Notes under the pieces: model-generated | What the model saw: the letters and a program-made list of their open reading frames with translations, nothing else | Database searches by the model: none | What the model was told of the DNA's origin: nothing | Made by a program: the position numbers and the translations under genes | Shown: positions 11,501 through 26,530 of the stretch, piece after piece | Position numbering within the stretch: the stretch's first letter is position 1 | Layout of the letters: every line of letters starts with the position of its first letter | NCBI GenBank assembly: GCA_009914755.4 | Contig: CP086569.2 | Span: forward strand, 11,456,001 to 11,520,000 | From: the human T2T-CHM13v2.0 reference genome, Homo sapiens | DNA length: 64,000 nt | Direction: 5' to 3'

Positions 11501-11993
11501 ATCTTGTCCCCACAAGCTGCTGCTGGCCTCTTCCTTGTCCATTTCTGTGTGGCTTGTTTAGGCCCCCCAGCTTCCTGCTTCTTTTTTACCATATTTGGAA
11601 TGCAAAAATCTACACGTAATTTGGCCCATGGTCCCTTCTGCTTAGACATATCCTTGTAGCTATTTTTTTTTAAAAGATGACTATGCCTTCCAGAATATTT
11701 CTAAGAAACTGCCGAAGTCACCACTGCTCACCAAGAGGCCTTCGTTTTTTCCTCTTCTTAACCATGGGAAAGGAATGTAGGAGTGTAGGGAGTGGATATT
11801 TTCTAACCTGGAAAAAAACTCATTTTACCCTATATAATTTTTTTAGCAAATTCCTTCTTTGCACTTACTCTACAATCTTTCCAAATTCTCCCAAATGCTC
11901 AAGCTTTTAAAAAACAAAAGACAGAAAGGATAGCAAGTTATTAATTTTTCCACCAAACCTTTTCTTTCTATTCGTTTACATCAGTGAGCTTAG

Positions 11994-12412
<419 letters not shown>

Positions 12413-14739
12413 CTTTGTAATTTTTACATCATATATCCCATGTTAGACCAAGAGCTTGTAAAAGCCGGAAGACATACACCATTTATAGTTCAATTAGAGA
12501 TGTTCACTGATAAAACTGATTCTTCCATCTGAGGGTGGTATTTGTAGTTACAGTAATGTAAATGACAATCTAAGTTATGTTCTATAAACTGTGTCACTGA
12601 CATCTCAATCTACAGCTAACTTTAATTTTTTAAAAGCAGAGGAGTGGGTTGTATAGGTTTAGAAATATATCCATTAAGCTAGTTAAGTGAGATAGATTCA
12701 AACCTTCAACTCACTGGAATATTTACCAAATTGTCTATTCATTAGCTAAAGGAACCATATAAACAAGGTACTTTTCAAAATTCAAAATTATGTAAGGTTT
12801 TATTTCCTTTTTATGCTGTTATGAATTGGATTGTAGAGGTTATAAGGTAAAATAAGATTACTTTTACAGTAAAACATACAACACATTGTCACAAGACGGC
12901 AGCCTTTGAACATGAATTTATTCTCAGGCATTCCTTGAAATTTTGAGACAGTTTCTTTAATTAACACAACTAAATAATAAAACACTACAGAGGATTTAAG
13001 AAGATACTTTGACTTACGCATATTGTTACTTTTTTATTACTGCTAGTGGAAGATGTAATCGATAAGGAAGGTAAGGGCTGAATTTGTTTTATCTGAAAAG
13101 ACAAATTTATTTGGGTTTTAGCTTTCAAACATCAAGATAGTAGGTCAATGTCTAAATGAGTGTATCAAAGTTCTCACACTAGCACATGTAAATCCACCTC
13201 TTATCTACCCAAAACTCTAACCAAGCAAAGGCAAGTTGGAAGAATCAGACAAATGTAAGTGCCTAGGATACATAAATGCCACTGGATTTTATGTTTTTAA
13301 CTTTCAACCTCCCAAGTTTCAGTAAGAGACATGTTATTTGGAGAAGTTGCTAAAGTGTAGTTGTATGATGTCTCTGTGTACAGTTAGTCTGGACCTCTTT
13401 CTGTCCAGTGGTTGCCCTCAACTGATTGGAGTCACCTCTCTAAAGATCATGCTTATGTCCCTGGAGCAGTCCACAGCACTATCAATGTCTGATCTCCACC
13501 TTTTTCCAATTAATATTTCTGTACTTACTGAATTGGAAAACATACAGGTGATTTTTTCCTGGTCACTTGTGGTTTTACAACACTCCCCCCACTTCCCCAC
13601 CACTGCCCCAGGTTATTTTGATGCCAGCCAAAGTGTGAGAACTACTGGCAGCTGCTGGCAGACAGCAGCAAAGGCCCAAATCCTCGGTGTGATTTCAAGA
13701 CCCATATCTGGTTTTCAGCCATATTTCCTTCTCCTTCTCACAGCTGAGCCTACTCCTCCTCCCTCACCACCTGTAGGCTATGCTTTCCAGCCTGTGTCCA
13801 GGATTAGTCCTGATGTAAGGCACGTGGGGTTTAAGGATCTCTCTCTTCAGTCTTATTTCTGCACCATCTCTGACAGATATATTCCAGTTGTGATCATGGG
13901 GCTACCTCCTTTTCTTTCCAGTCCCATGCTCGTTTTCTCTATCACATTCTACCTTGTAATAACCTAAATCTTCTGGTGGGCAAGCTTCTTCCTCAATCAA
14001 ATTTGTGTTTATGATTGTGTTGGGGATTGGCTTAGTAATCCAGGTACTGCTACTGCCTTGAAAGCGGAGACTGCATCCTTCTGTCTGGATTTCTTGAGTT
14101 TCTGGATTGTAAACCTTATTAGGGCCCATTTTTCCTAGAATTGGAGCCTCTACTTTGTTCTTGCTACCTTAGTTCACCCAGAAAGCATGATCTCTGCCTG
14201 AATTTCAAAGTGTTGGCTAGTTTAAATATACTTTTTTGAGACTTTTGTCTTCCTGCAGGGTGATTTTTTCATCTTGCATACCATTGCTAATCTTTTTATC
14301 TTGAATGTAATTGAAATAGTTTTAATCTGTGTTACCAGCAACAAGAACCCCCTTTATGAGATGGAGAGGCCAGGTCAGTCTCATAACATGTGTCCCCATC
14401 CGTGTGTTGAATTTATGTCAGAGCCAGGTTCTTTCCTATTTGATGTCTCTCACCAAATTCCAGTGTTTATGTCCTAGGAGGTGCCCAATAAATTCTAGAG
14501 TTGATACAAGCTGTAATTTTAGAGAAATTAAATTAGCAAGTAGAATTAGATTATATACAATCTAATCAACTTTTCTTTTTCTTTCTGAGGATGACCAGGA
14601 TTTGGGCTTCAGTGACAATAGCTGTCCCCTAAATATTTATACTCAGAATCTAGGATTACCAGTACAATGTTGAATAGAGGTGATGAACACACACATTCCT
14701 TTCTTGTCCTAATCTATGTAGTTTAAACATTTACGCTTT

Positions 14740-15470
14740 CACCATTAAATGTAATATTGTTTATATGTTTTGTTGTGGATGCTTTCCATCACTTTGAGAA
14801 AATTTCTTTTTCTAGCTTGCTGAGAGGTTTTTTTTTTTTAATCAGCAATAGATATTTCTCCAAAGAAAATATCCAAATGACCAACAGATACATGAAAAAG
14901 ATGCTCAGCATCACTAATCATCAGGGAAATGCAAATCAAAACCACAAAGAGATATTGCCTCAAACCTGTTAGAATGGTCTTATTAAAAGAAAAAGATAAC
15001 GAGTGATAACAATGGGGAGAAATTGGAACACTTGTACAGTGTTTCTGGAAAAGTGAAACTGTGCAGCCTCTATGGAAAACAGTACGGTGGTTCCTCAAAA
15101 AAATTAAGAAACTAGAACTACCATATGATCTAGCAATCCACTTCAGGTTATTTATCTGAAAGAATTGAGATTGGGATGATTCTCAGGCTCATTGCAGCAT
15201 TATTTACACTAATCAAAATGTGGAAATGAGGTTAATGTCTATTGGCAGATGAATAGATAAAGAAAATGTGGTATATTCATACAACGGAATATTATTCAGC
15301 TTTAAAACAAGAAAGCCCGCCAATATGCAACATGGATGAACCTAGAGGACATTAATGCTAAGTAAAGTAAATCAGTCACAGAAGGACAAACTGTATGATT
15401 CCATTTGTATAAAGTATCTAAGATAGCCAAATTCATTAGAATCACAGATTAGAATGGTGATAGCTCTTTA
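14740..15470 (+). mobile_element. L1 3'-terminal fragment (ORF2 C-terminus and 3' UTR), older family.
   Basis: 'catcagggaaatgcaaatcaaaaccacaaagagatattgcctcaaacctgttagaatggtcttattaaaag ... ggaaaagtgaaactgtgcagcctctatggaaaacagtacggtggttcctcaaaaaaattaagaa' is the canonical L1 ORF2 C-terminal region. Confidence 0.85.
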
Positions 15471-16780
15471 AGTTGAAATCAATTTTGCATTCCTGGGTTT
15501 TGTAGTTTTGCTATCAGGATTCTGACTCATAAAACAAGTTTGGAATTTCCCCCTTCTTTATTTATGAAATAATTTAAAAATTTTATTTTTTTAAACGTTT
15601 GAAAGAATTCACCAGCAAAACTCTTTAGATCTGGAGTTTACTTATTTTTTATTTCTTTAGTTTTATGTTTTTATGTGCAGGTATTTGACAATTAATTTAA
15701 TTACTTTAAGAAATGTCAATTACTTCATATGTTCCATTTAATCTTGTGAATTTTTTGATAAGTTGTTTTCAAGGAATTCACCCTTCCATCCAAGTAATGA
15801 AAATTAGTAAAAATGTTTCACAATATTCCATTATCTTGTTAATGTCTCTTGTGTCTACAACTGTACAATCTCATTAATCCCTGATATTTATAATTTGTGT
15901 TTTCTTTCTTTCTCACAGAACAACTTTTGGCCATGATGATTTTCTCCTGTTTCTGTTTTCTGTCTCATTGATTTCTAATTTCTGTTTTATTTCTTTTCTT
16001 CTACTTGTTTTGGACTTAATTTGCTCTCTTGTTTTAGATTTTCTTTTTAAGGTAGTAAATTAGTTCACTGTTTTGAACTTCTCTTTTTTAGAATAAGCAT
16101 TTATACGAAAAATTTACTCTGGGTCTGCTTAACTTTATCCCATACATTTTGATATATTATATTTTTATTTGTATTCAGTTCAATGTATTTAAACGTGTTT
16201 CTTATGATTTCTTCCTTGAGCTAAAGGGCATTTTAAGATGTATTTAAATCTTCCAATAGTGTAGACTTTCCTGGGTAGCTTGTTTTTACCCATTTCAACT
16301 CATTTTCATTATGGTCAGAAAGCATACTTTCTATGATTACAGTGTTTTGAAACTTCTTGAGAGATATTTTGTAGTCTATAGCCTATTGATAAATGTTTCA
16401 TGTGTAGCGTAATAGAACATATATTCTATTGTCTTGGTCAATATCGATTAGGTCAAGCTGTTGTCAAAATTATTTTATCTTAATTTTCTTTAGTTATTCT
16501 GTCAGCAATACAGCATTATGTCTTCATAATTACTTGACATTTTATCATTATGAAATAGCTATCTGTTGTAATATTGCTTGTTTGGAGGTCTACTTTTTCT
16601 TATATTAATATAGCCACATAAGATTTCTTGTGCTTGTTGTTTCCTTGGTATACTTGGAAATTATTTTACTCTCAACTTATCTATACCATAATATTTGGCA
16701 TGCATCTCTTATAGGTACTTTTATTATCCAGTTGGACAATCTGTGTTTTATTTGGAGTATTTAAATTACATTTGAAATAA

Positions 16781-17122
<342 letters not shown>

Positions 17123-20100
17123 TTGCTCTTATGTGCTATTTGTTCCATCATTTTTTGCTCCTCTGTTCTTTCTTTCATGCCTTTTTATATTAACTGAACA
17201 ATATTCAGGGTTCCATTTTAATTCCTTTATTGGCATTTTAGAAGAATATCTTCATATAATGTGGTGGTTCTCTAGGGATTATAATAAACATCCTGGGCTT
17301 ATTGCAGTCCACTTAGTGTTAATATTCAGCGTTTTCATGTAACATAAAGAAAAGTTGCGGCAAAATTGTTGCGTTTAGTCTCCTGTCAGAGCTATTAATT
17401 TAGAATATTTTACATACATTATCAATAGTACACTTAATTTTTTATTGAAACCATCAGTTGTTTGTTATAAAACTAAAAGAAAAAAGCCTTAGTTTTTCAT
17501 GTTTATGCACATGCCATTCCTAGAGCTTCTCCTTGCTTCCTGTAGGTCAGAATTTCCATCTGTTGTTATCCTTCTTTAGCCTAAAAAATTTCCGTTTGCA
17601 TTTCTTGTATCTAGGTCTGCTAATAACAATTGTTTGAAGCTTTCTTTTATCTGACTAAATCTTTCTTTTCTCAAGAATCACTGTTTCTAGTGATAGAATT
17701 TGGAGTTGACAGTTTTCTTTTATTTTGAAGATATAGTTTCATTGCTTTTTAAAGTGTCATTTCTGATGACAGGTCATCTGTCTATTTGTTTCAACGTATG
17801 TAAATTATTTTCTCTCTCCCTTTAGCTACTTTCAAGATTTACTCTTTTTTTGCCCAGTGGTTTAACTATGATATGTCTATATTTGATTCCCTTTATTTTT
17901 ATTCTGTTCTTTGAGTTTCTTAAACCTGTAAGTTGATATATGCTGACAATTAGGAAAACTTTTGGTCTTTACTTTTTCAAATAGCTTTTTCTGTCTCATT
18001 TTCTTCTCTACTCTTTCTAGGACTCCAATTATATTAGTGCTAGACTGGCCCTATTTTTATTATTTTTCTTCCTTTGTATTAACTGTATTGGGAAATTGTT
18101 CTTGATCTGTTTTTAAGTGCACTGATAGTTTTTTCTGCCATCTTTAATTTACTGGTATGTGCATACAATGACATTTTTATATAAGATATTCAGTCTCTCA
18201 GTTCTAAAATTTGTCCTATTATCTCTTTATCGTTTTTACTTCTCTGTTGAGATTCTCCAAATATTCCCTCTTATGACCATCTATTCCTTAAATCCTTGAA
18301 TATGCTTGTAATATCTTATTTTAAATTTCTTATCTTCTAATCCCAGCATGTGGGCCATTTCACTGTCTTAATCCATTGTTTACTTTTTTTGTTATGCATC
18401 ATATATTCCTGGTTTTATGTCTAGGCAGGTTAAATTATATGTTAGATTATGTGTATGATATTTTGTAGAGATAAGTTCTTCTATTTTCCTTTGAAGAGTG
18501 ACTCTTTTCTAACGTTAGTCTTTTTTCTGTAGTCAAACACCAAACTTTCACTCCTGAGCTATATGCAATGGTTGAAATCTCTGCTCTGTACTAGCAATTT
18601 AGCTGTTGTTTTCTGCTGGATTCTATGGAGTCTCTTTTTATCAATGTGAAATGTAGCAGCCATCATATATCTGAATGAAGTTTAAGTGCTGATTTTAGAT
18701 TTTTACTCTGTGACATTCTCCTCTGTGACTTTCAGTTGTGTAAGATTTCCTCCCGTGTCATTCAAATTTCCCAGTTCTTCTTTTCTGTCAGCCTGGAACT
18801 CTGTGCTCTTATTCCTCAAGCTAGTAAAACTCACCGCTTTACTCGTAGACATCTAATTTTGCACAGACTGGGAAGGGTCATCAGGTGTGAAGTTGCGTTG
18901 ATGCAAATTTAAATCATTGCAATTTTCTTTATTCAGTGGTCAGATACTTCATCAGTGGTTGAATATTCTACTATTTCTGCCTGTTTTCTGTTTCTCATTG
19001 TCATCAAATGTGTATTTAATTTTTTTTAGAGTTAATAGTTTTTTTCCCTGCATTTGAGTTAGACCTGAGCTACTACCATATTCTGTAATTCAAACTTTTT
19101 GTCTAACAATGTTTTAAAAAACTCTTTATTTGGAGGGAATTCTCAAATTTCTAAATACTCTACAAACATTAGGACCAGGGCTCACATTCCCAGTTTCCTT
19201 TGTAGACAGATGTACATATGGAAAATGACCTCAGCTAATGAAGCATACCCACATAGTTGAAACTCAGAAAAGTGTTAAGAGGAACTGTAGATATCATTTT
19301 AGTTGATGCAAGGATGGCAAAAAATAACCAACTTTCACTGGTGAACTTTGTCTTCAATCATTGTTTTCCCATGGGTAAGTGGCTAATTTTCTGGCCTAGA
19401 GGTGGAATTGGTGTGTTGGTAACAATTGATTTGATGATAACCTGCTTTTGTCTTTTTAAAAATTGCTAATCCACCATTGTTTCTTGTCCTGTTTTATACT
19501 TATGCCGTGTATAATCTCTCATGTAAAATTTAGTTCTTTGTTTCTCAGCTTAAACTAGATTTTGATGAGCAGTTTTCACCTTCAAATGAAAGAAATGGCT
19601 TTGGTTGATGTTAGACAAAAATAACAAGAGGGAATTAAAGAAATATGTTTGTCATCTTGTAATATTAAATAAATGAAACTGAAAATTCAACAATTCTGCT
19701 TCTAAAAAAATAGAAAGTTTCTACTGTTTTTCGTTATTTTTGAAGCTATATGATTAAATGAAATTTCTGCCTCATGGAAGGTTTTTAGAACTATGTAATA
19801 ATACCATACAGACCATTGGGAGAGAAATGAATAAAGACTGAAAGAAGTAAGCACTGTGTGGTAACGTAGATGGCACATAGTTTGTGCGTGGAGACCTAAT
19901 ACCTTTTACCACGGAATTTATACAATAAATGTTAGTTTCCTGTGAACCTGCTAATTAATATGACTTTCTCAGACATTTCCTTAACCTAAACAGTTTAGGT
20001 TTCCTGTAGATAGACTGCATGTATTCTCATCTTTAACCTTTCCATAATCTTCCCTAATTACAGATGTCATTGGTTCTTAATAGCAAAAGAACAGCAGTAG

Positions 20101-21009
20101 CTTATAAAGTTATATTATTTGTTTTTTACTAATATGTGAAGTGATTTTGTCTTTCATTTCACCTCTAAAGCTAATTATGTCTTCTAAGTTAACAAAAATT
20201 CCAGATCATACCATCATTAGTTTAAACTTTACAATGAATTCATTCTTTCCATTTATTACTAGCCTGCATTATAACAATATTTAGCTAATGAATTCTCAAA
20301 ATATTTCTTGAAAGGTGAAAGAGTACCTCAAGTAAGTGGTGTAATTAATTTATTTATCAGAATTTTAAATTAAGTGTTCTGTTTAATCTCAAAGAGGTAC
20401 CAATGAAGTTAGGGCATAAGGAGTCCGTGGTTAATAAAATGGCAAGAATTAAAAAAGATTATTACATTTTTTCCTCATACTATGATGGCTATAATTTTTT
20501 AAAACAGTAGAAATGTTTAATTTTTAAAGGCTACTAGTGTCTATTTAATTCAAAGATGTGAGGTCTTCAGTTCAATTTGTTGTTTGAAATTTGAATAGCT
20601 GTTTCTTGCTGTTGTTCAATACAGGTATTAAACAGTCCAGGCAGGCCTCTGGAGTTACATATATGTATGTGGCTATGTGTGTATATATACATAGAAGTAT
20701 AAATAGCATACAATTAATTTACCTAAGACTTTTGCTTTTGATGAAAATTCTTCTAAAAGTGAATGTAAATTAATAGCATATGGAGCCTACAAAAATTGTC
20801 TAATAGGGAAGTAGGAAAATATAATTTGTGAAGAAATAGTTCACTAAAACAGACTTTTTATTTTTACATGTAATAACTTTATATTGAAGGGTTTCCAGAA
20901 ATATAAAATGTTATAGGGCACTTATACTGAGACACACGAAGGAGACAAGGGATAGAGCTAGGATGGAAATGAAAAGAAAGGACAAATAGAGATAGATACT
21001 TAAGTTGAA

Positions 21010-21250
21010 ATGAAACACTGCATGTTCTCACTCATAGGTGATAATTGAACAGTGAGAACACGTGGACACAGGAAGGGGAACATCACACACCAGGGCCTGT
21101 TGTGGGGTGGGGGAGGGGGTAGGGATAGCATTAAGACATATACCTAATGCTAAATGACGAGTTAATGGGTGCAGCACACCAACATGGCACATGTATACAT
21201 ATGTAACTAAACTGCACGTTGTGCACATATGCCCTAAAACTTAAAGTACA
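21010..21250 (+). mobile_element. Short 5'-truncated L1 3' end with poly-A.
   Basis: 'ctcataggtgataattgaacagtgagaacacgtggacacaggaaggggaacatcacacaccagggcctgttgtggggtgggggagggggtagggatagcattaag...gggtgcagcacaccaacatggcacatgtatacatatgtaactaa...aaaaaaaa'. Confidence 0.9.
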
Positions 21251-23184
21251 AAAAAAAGTCATCAAACAGGTGGTAATTTTAAAACATGTCTTTTCCAGGC
21301 AGCAAATTTTCTGAATGTATCGCAAAAGAAGATAAATTGTGTGTCTATGTAGATCATGTCAATGAAATAAACAATAAAGGTTACTTATTGGAATATTGAA
21401 AGTGGTTGATAATAAATTAATTACTTATATTTATGGTAAAAGCAATAAACTTGATTTTTAGGGGGTTCAATGACTTCCTGAAAATATCCTCTCACAGATT
21501 TTCTCAGAGTGTCTAGTTGGCAAAAGCACAGCTCCAAATAGCTATTTCTGTCAATGTCTACAGAATATTTACAGTTCGGTTTCCAAAAGTTTCCATTTAT
21601 ACTGACCTTACAAATTTGTAAAATGAATGCCCAACAGGAAAAAATATTAAATGATAAAATTAATTGGATCCTACAAGTGAAAATCTAGGCAAGGAAAATC
21701 TTCCTTCTTAATGAATGATTTTTACGTCTCTTCATTCTTGTCCTTCTAGGTAGAGCAACACTCTGGAGACCTTCTTTTGAGGCATTTCACCACCAGAGTA
21801 AGTGTGATGTATGAATAATTAGTCCACCCACAGGCAGCTGGTGAAATTGAATTGGAAGTTATTTCTTAACTGGCATATCTTGGAGTAAAATTCATCTAAT
21901 AACAGTTTTCATAAGAGAGCATAAGCTTAAAAGACAACATTTTTCATTCAACTTTACCAAACAAAGTGCAAATTTAGGTGTCCAGTTGTGAAGTTTGGTT
22001 GTGTATGGATTGTACAGTGAAGGTACCAGTGGACAACAGTTGCTCATCAAGCAAGTTTATACAAAATCTTTTGGACAAGTCCAACTCTAGATAAAATTCT
22101 AAAGTATTTCGTGCTTGTGTTCAGAGTTTCTTTTTCTCTCTCCAAGGTAACACACATATCAAAAGACATGGATTGTGGGTAGAACTTCCTAAAATTGCTG
22201 GTGAGAAGTGTGCCATGCATAAACATACTTCACTAGCTTGAATTTTCTGTTAGTCTCACAGGAAACAATTACAATCCTGTATGTTTTTCTATCTCCACAC
22301 ACTCCTGAACATAGAAAGACCAAGTAACATCCCTGGTTAAGATGTGTACAGGTTACAAGACATGTCTAAATATATTCACCAAGAGGTTTATTATTTTCAC
22401 AGTGGCATTCACTAAATCAGTTGTCAGTATAGCATTACTCAAGGAATAAGCAGGGTCTTTAATTTATCAAAGTTTGGAGTCCACCCCAAGTTGGATCACT
22501 GAAGCACATAACTATAGATAAGGTCACTCAAAAGCACAAATCCAGGTAATAAATATTCAGTAGTAGTTTATATGCATTTAGCAATTTGAATGCTGGGAAA
22601 TGTAGCCCAGAAAATCAATCGACCTTCAACTATTAAAGAGGCATTCATGGCACCTGCACTTTGAATCTTTTCAGACGAAGGTTAAACAGGAGACACGGTA
22701 GCTCACGTATACTGCAAAACCCCTTCCTCTTTCCCTTTTTATCTATGAACCTGCCCTTTTCAATGTTATCTAGATGCCTGAAGGTATGAATACCCTTGAT
22801 CTTAGTAAAAAATGGTACCACCCATCAGCAAAATCTCACTGATCAGTGTCTATGTTACCTCACTGAGTTAGCCTTTTGTGTTGTTGTGGCCCAGGATGAC
22901 AATGTTGACAGAATCCAAACCAGTAGTTGGAAAGTTAATGTTAGATGCGTCTTTGACAATTGATGGAATGACCTGAAATCAAATGTGAGGCAGTGGAGAC
23001 ACAAGAATGCTATTCAGGCAGTGAGTGATCTGTGGAGATACTAAATGAAATATCTGGAAGGAATTGTAATCTTGAAACTATGCTTTTATGTGTTTTTTGA
23101 TGTAAACAGTTTCTATTTATGGTGGAGCTGCAGTGTCCATTTCCCATGATGTTCCCATAGTGTTAACTAATACAGTCATGTGTC

Positions 23185-23545
23185 ACTTAATGACAGGGGT
23201 GTGTCTGAGCAATGCATTGCTGGACAATTTTATTATTGTATGAACATCACAGAGTTTACTTACACAAACCTAGATGCTATAGCTGATTATATGCCTAGGT
23301 TAGGTGGTATAGCCTATTCCTCCTAGGCTACAAACCTGTGCAGCATGTTACTGTACTGAATACTGTAGGCAATTGTAACACAACAGTTAAGTATATCTAT
23401 AGTTACTAATATCTATACAGTAAGTGTATCTATACATGTCTAAACATACAAGAGGTACAGTAAAAGTACAGTGTTATGATTTTATTGCACCACTCTCATA
23501 CATGTGCACTATCCTTGACCAAAATGTTGTTATGTGATGCATGAT
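23185..23545. repeat. Ancient interspersed repeat, family not assigned. I recognise a common human repeat consensus containing 'gtcacttaatgacagggg...ctaggctacaaacctgtgcagcatgttactgtactgaatactgtaggcaattgtaacac'.
   Basis: Pattern recognition only; I cannot name the family with certainty. Confidence 0.4.
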
Positions 23546-24042
23546 TGTAACAAAAGAATTAATTAAATATAATATTGAAGTGCCTATTGAGATTTCAATG
23601 AAGAAAGGAATATTTGTAAATTCTGATTACCTTAAGTGAGAATTGACTTTCTTCCTGTTTCCATGGCTGTTCTTGTGAAAGAGCATAGCTTTCCAAAGAC
23701 CTGAAATCTCTAACAAATCTTGCAATTCTCTATTGCCTGCATTATGAAGGTCACCTGGTGTCAAATGAGGCAAAATGGTAGATTATAAAGACCTGTACTT
23801 TATTGTCAGTTCCTAAACATAGCAAGCATTGGTCTACCTTGAACATTTCTGCCATTATAAATGAGCCTTGGGTCATGATTTTCTGCCCTTTTATCATAGA
23901 CAAGATTTAATTTAGGAGATGTCCTTTTAATGTGTAATGTGAATAGTAAGTGCCACTTATGAAGCCTATTTTCTTCCAGCCATTTTAATTGTCAAATCTG
24001 TCCAGTCAAGATGCATTGTTAGAGGCTTCACTGACAACACCG

Positions 24043-24075
24043 TCTGTGTGTGTGGGTGTGTGGGTGTGTGTGTAT
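24043..24075. repeat. GT-rich microsatellite (GTGTGTGG-type).
   Basis: 'gtgtgtgtgtgggtgtgtgggtgtgtgtgta'. Confidence 0.8.
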
Positions 24076-24480
24076 ACATACATATGATTGACCAGGATTT
24101 ATTGTAAGTCAAAACAGTCTCAAATTTCTTAGGAAAATACAGCTTCCTTAGCCATTCCCTTGGAGCTCTGAGTTGAGGAGCTGGTGATGTGTATTTCTTT
24201 TACATGTTCTCCACATTATCCCCATGCAGGCCTTCCATGGGCTTGGTTTTGGAACCAGTGATAAGGAAGATCATTAGAACTGTTGTTCTCAAAAAGCTTC
24301 CTCCATTCTTCTGTATAAGCAATTGCAATTTTCCCAGACCATTATTTCTTCTTTTGAAATGGAAAATTTTGAATAATAACTGGTTAGTATAATCCCATAA
24401 AATAACAAAGTTTGAGCCCTATGATCTGTGTTTTAGGCTAAAGTTGTGTTTTATGCTAAATCATCATTTACTCCTTGTAT

Positions 24481-24655
24481 GATTTTTTTTTTTTTTTTTT
24501 TGAGACAGAGTCTCACACTGTCACTCAGGCTGGAGTGCAGTGGCACAATTTTGGCTTACGGCAAGCTCCACCTCCCAGGTGCACACCATCCTTCTGCTTC
24601 AGCCTCCTGAGTAGCTGGGACTACAGGTGCCCACCACCACACCTGGCTAATTGTT
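24481..24655 (-). mobile_element. Alu fragment (right monomer only), inverted, preceded by T20.
   Basis: 'ttttttttttttttttttttgagacagagtctcacactgtcactcaggctggagtgcagtggcacaat...cctcctgagtagctgggactacaggtgcccaccaccacacctggctaat'. Confidence 0.85.
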
Positions 24656-26319
24656 TTTTAAGATTAAGGGCGAAATAAGAGCTGCTCCCCTATATTACAA
24701 TCATAAATCAGAATTATTAAAGCATGCTATTTATTTATTAGAAACACATACTCCAAATTTAGCATCTAAGACATGACAGCCTTTCAAGAGACATCAATTT
24801 ACTTTTTAGGGTCTATAGCTATATTTGTATTCATGTTATTGGTGTCCATAGTGTTTCATTAGATGTTCTGGGTAAATTAATAAATGACAATAATGTATGT
24901 GATAAGGGGAACAACCTAGGCCTCCTGGAGGGCCCCTTACAACTCAGCTGGTGTTAGCAGAAATGCCTGGGTGTAACAGTGAGAAACAACCTTTCAAAAG
25001 TGTTGAGCAATTTTTCAGGCAGAGGAATATGTATACCAATCCAGGCAGCAAGATAAGTGGAGGTCAGTTAAAAGATCAGGGTGTGATTACATTTTTTTTT
25101 TAGGTTTCTACTGAGAGGAAATATAACACTCAGTTATTATTTTCTCCGCATATCTCTGGTTATTTTGTCACAACCTTTTATGTAAGCTACTACCAAACAC
25201 TGGGTTATCCAAGATCTATGGGTCGTATTCAATATTTGCTTTTCCCTCAACTACTAACACATTTGATTCTCTTTGTAACTGTCTCTCCTATTTCTCCTTT
25301 TAACCTGTTTTCTCCAACCACACTGAGTTAATAAGCCTCCTATATACTCTCATAACCTGTTTTATCTAAAGAGATTTCCTTTTTCTACTATTATACCCAT
25401 CTCATTCCCTAATTTATTTATTCTTATTTCTCTCTCTATTTTTTATTCTTTTAGGCACAGCTCATGTCTCATGACTTTCAAAAAGTTTTTCTTCTGATAT
25501 TCCCAGCTCGAATTAGGTACATCCCAATCAGTTTCCTTAGACTTACAACTCTGCAAATTATTGGCTTGCAATCTGTCTTAGGCTGGGAATTAGCTCCTTG
25601 TAGGCAGGGGCTAGAATTTATTTACACTTATGTCCATAATGCCTGACACAGGAACTATTCTCACATACAAATTGTAGGGCCATAATTCCTGAGAACATAT
25701 GTATATTGTAGTGACTCATAAAGGCTTGAAATAAATTTTTAAAATGATTAATTGGGAAGTCCATGAACTTGACATCTTGATGTAGAAGAAAAGCAAGGGC
25801 AGATGAAGAAGTTATACATGATACTTGAAATACCAGAAGAATATAATCAGAGAGCAATAAATTAATCCTAGATTTTTAGATGTGAAGAAGTTCTGAGAAA
25901 TATTTGAAGACATGGCTCTAGGGATGAGTACATAACACAGACCAGTAGCTAGAGTTAGAGCTTTTCAGAGTGAAGAAATTGCATTGCAGGGGGAAGGACT
26001 GTTGTATACTAAATAGAAATTGTCATTAAATGGAGACTAAGCAAGAGGCTGATGATCTGTGGATGACAGATGCATAAAGGTGTGGAGATAGAGGTAAATG
26101 CCATAATGTACAAAGAAGATATTTTTGTGCCAGAAAGAAATAATAGATCTAGAATGTAATAAAAGATAAATAGTTAACTACATTGTAATGTGGTCTGAGA
26201 ACTCACTGAAGGCATAGCCATTGATATTAACTTCCACTTCGCTTCCAGACAAAAGATTTTAAATATCTTAAAAATTCCATTTGATATTGTATGATTCATC
26301 AAGACAGAAAGTAAAGCTG

Positions 26320-26530
26320 TAGTTGCCCTGGGAGGGTGGGGAATGGGGAGTCACTTTTTAACGGGTACAGGATTTCAATTTTACAAGGCAAAAATAATTA
26401 TGGAGATGGGTGGTGGTGATGCTTGCACAACATTGTGAATACATTTAATGACACTGAATTTTATACTTAACAGTGGTTAAGATGCAAATTGTTGAGTGTG
26501 TTTTGCCACAGTTAAAAAACGGAAAACAAT
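26320..26530 (+). mobile_element. L1 3'-UTR fragment (older L1MA/L1PB-type 3' end).
   Basis: 'ctgggagggtggggaatggggagtcactttttaacgggtacaggatttcaattt...gatgggtggtggtgatgcttgcacaacattgtgaatacatttaatgacactgaatt' is a typical old-L1 3' UTR. Confidence 0.7.

Noticed and set aside
10990-11640. A moderately GC-richer patch with a 90-aa minus ORF that could be an ancient LTR (MaLR-like) fragment or a promoter.
   Set aside because: I could not match it to a consensus I know (THE1, MST, MLT). CpG density is low, with only scattered CG dinucleotides. There is no support for a CpG island or a coding exon.
13338-13967. A 209-aa plus-strand ORF in unique DNA.
   Set aside because: Composition is Leu/Ser/Pro-rich with no recognisable motif, and a 61-aa minus-strand ORF overlaps it. 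It has no upstream CpG island or Kozak-like start, and it is flanked by stop-dense frames. It is consistent with a chance open frame.
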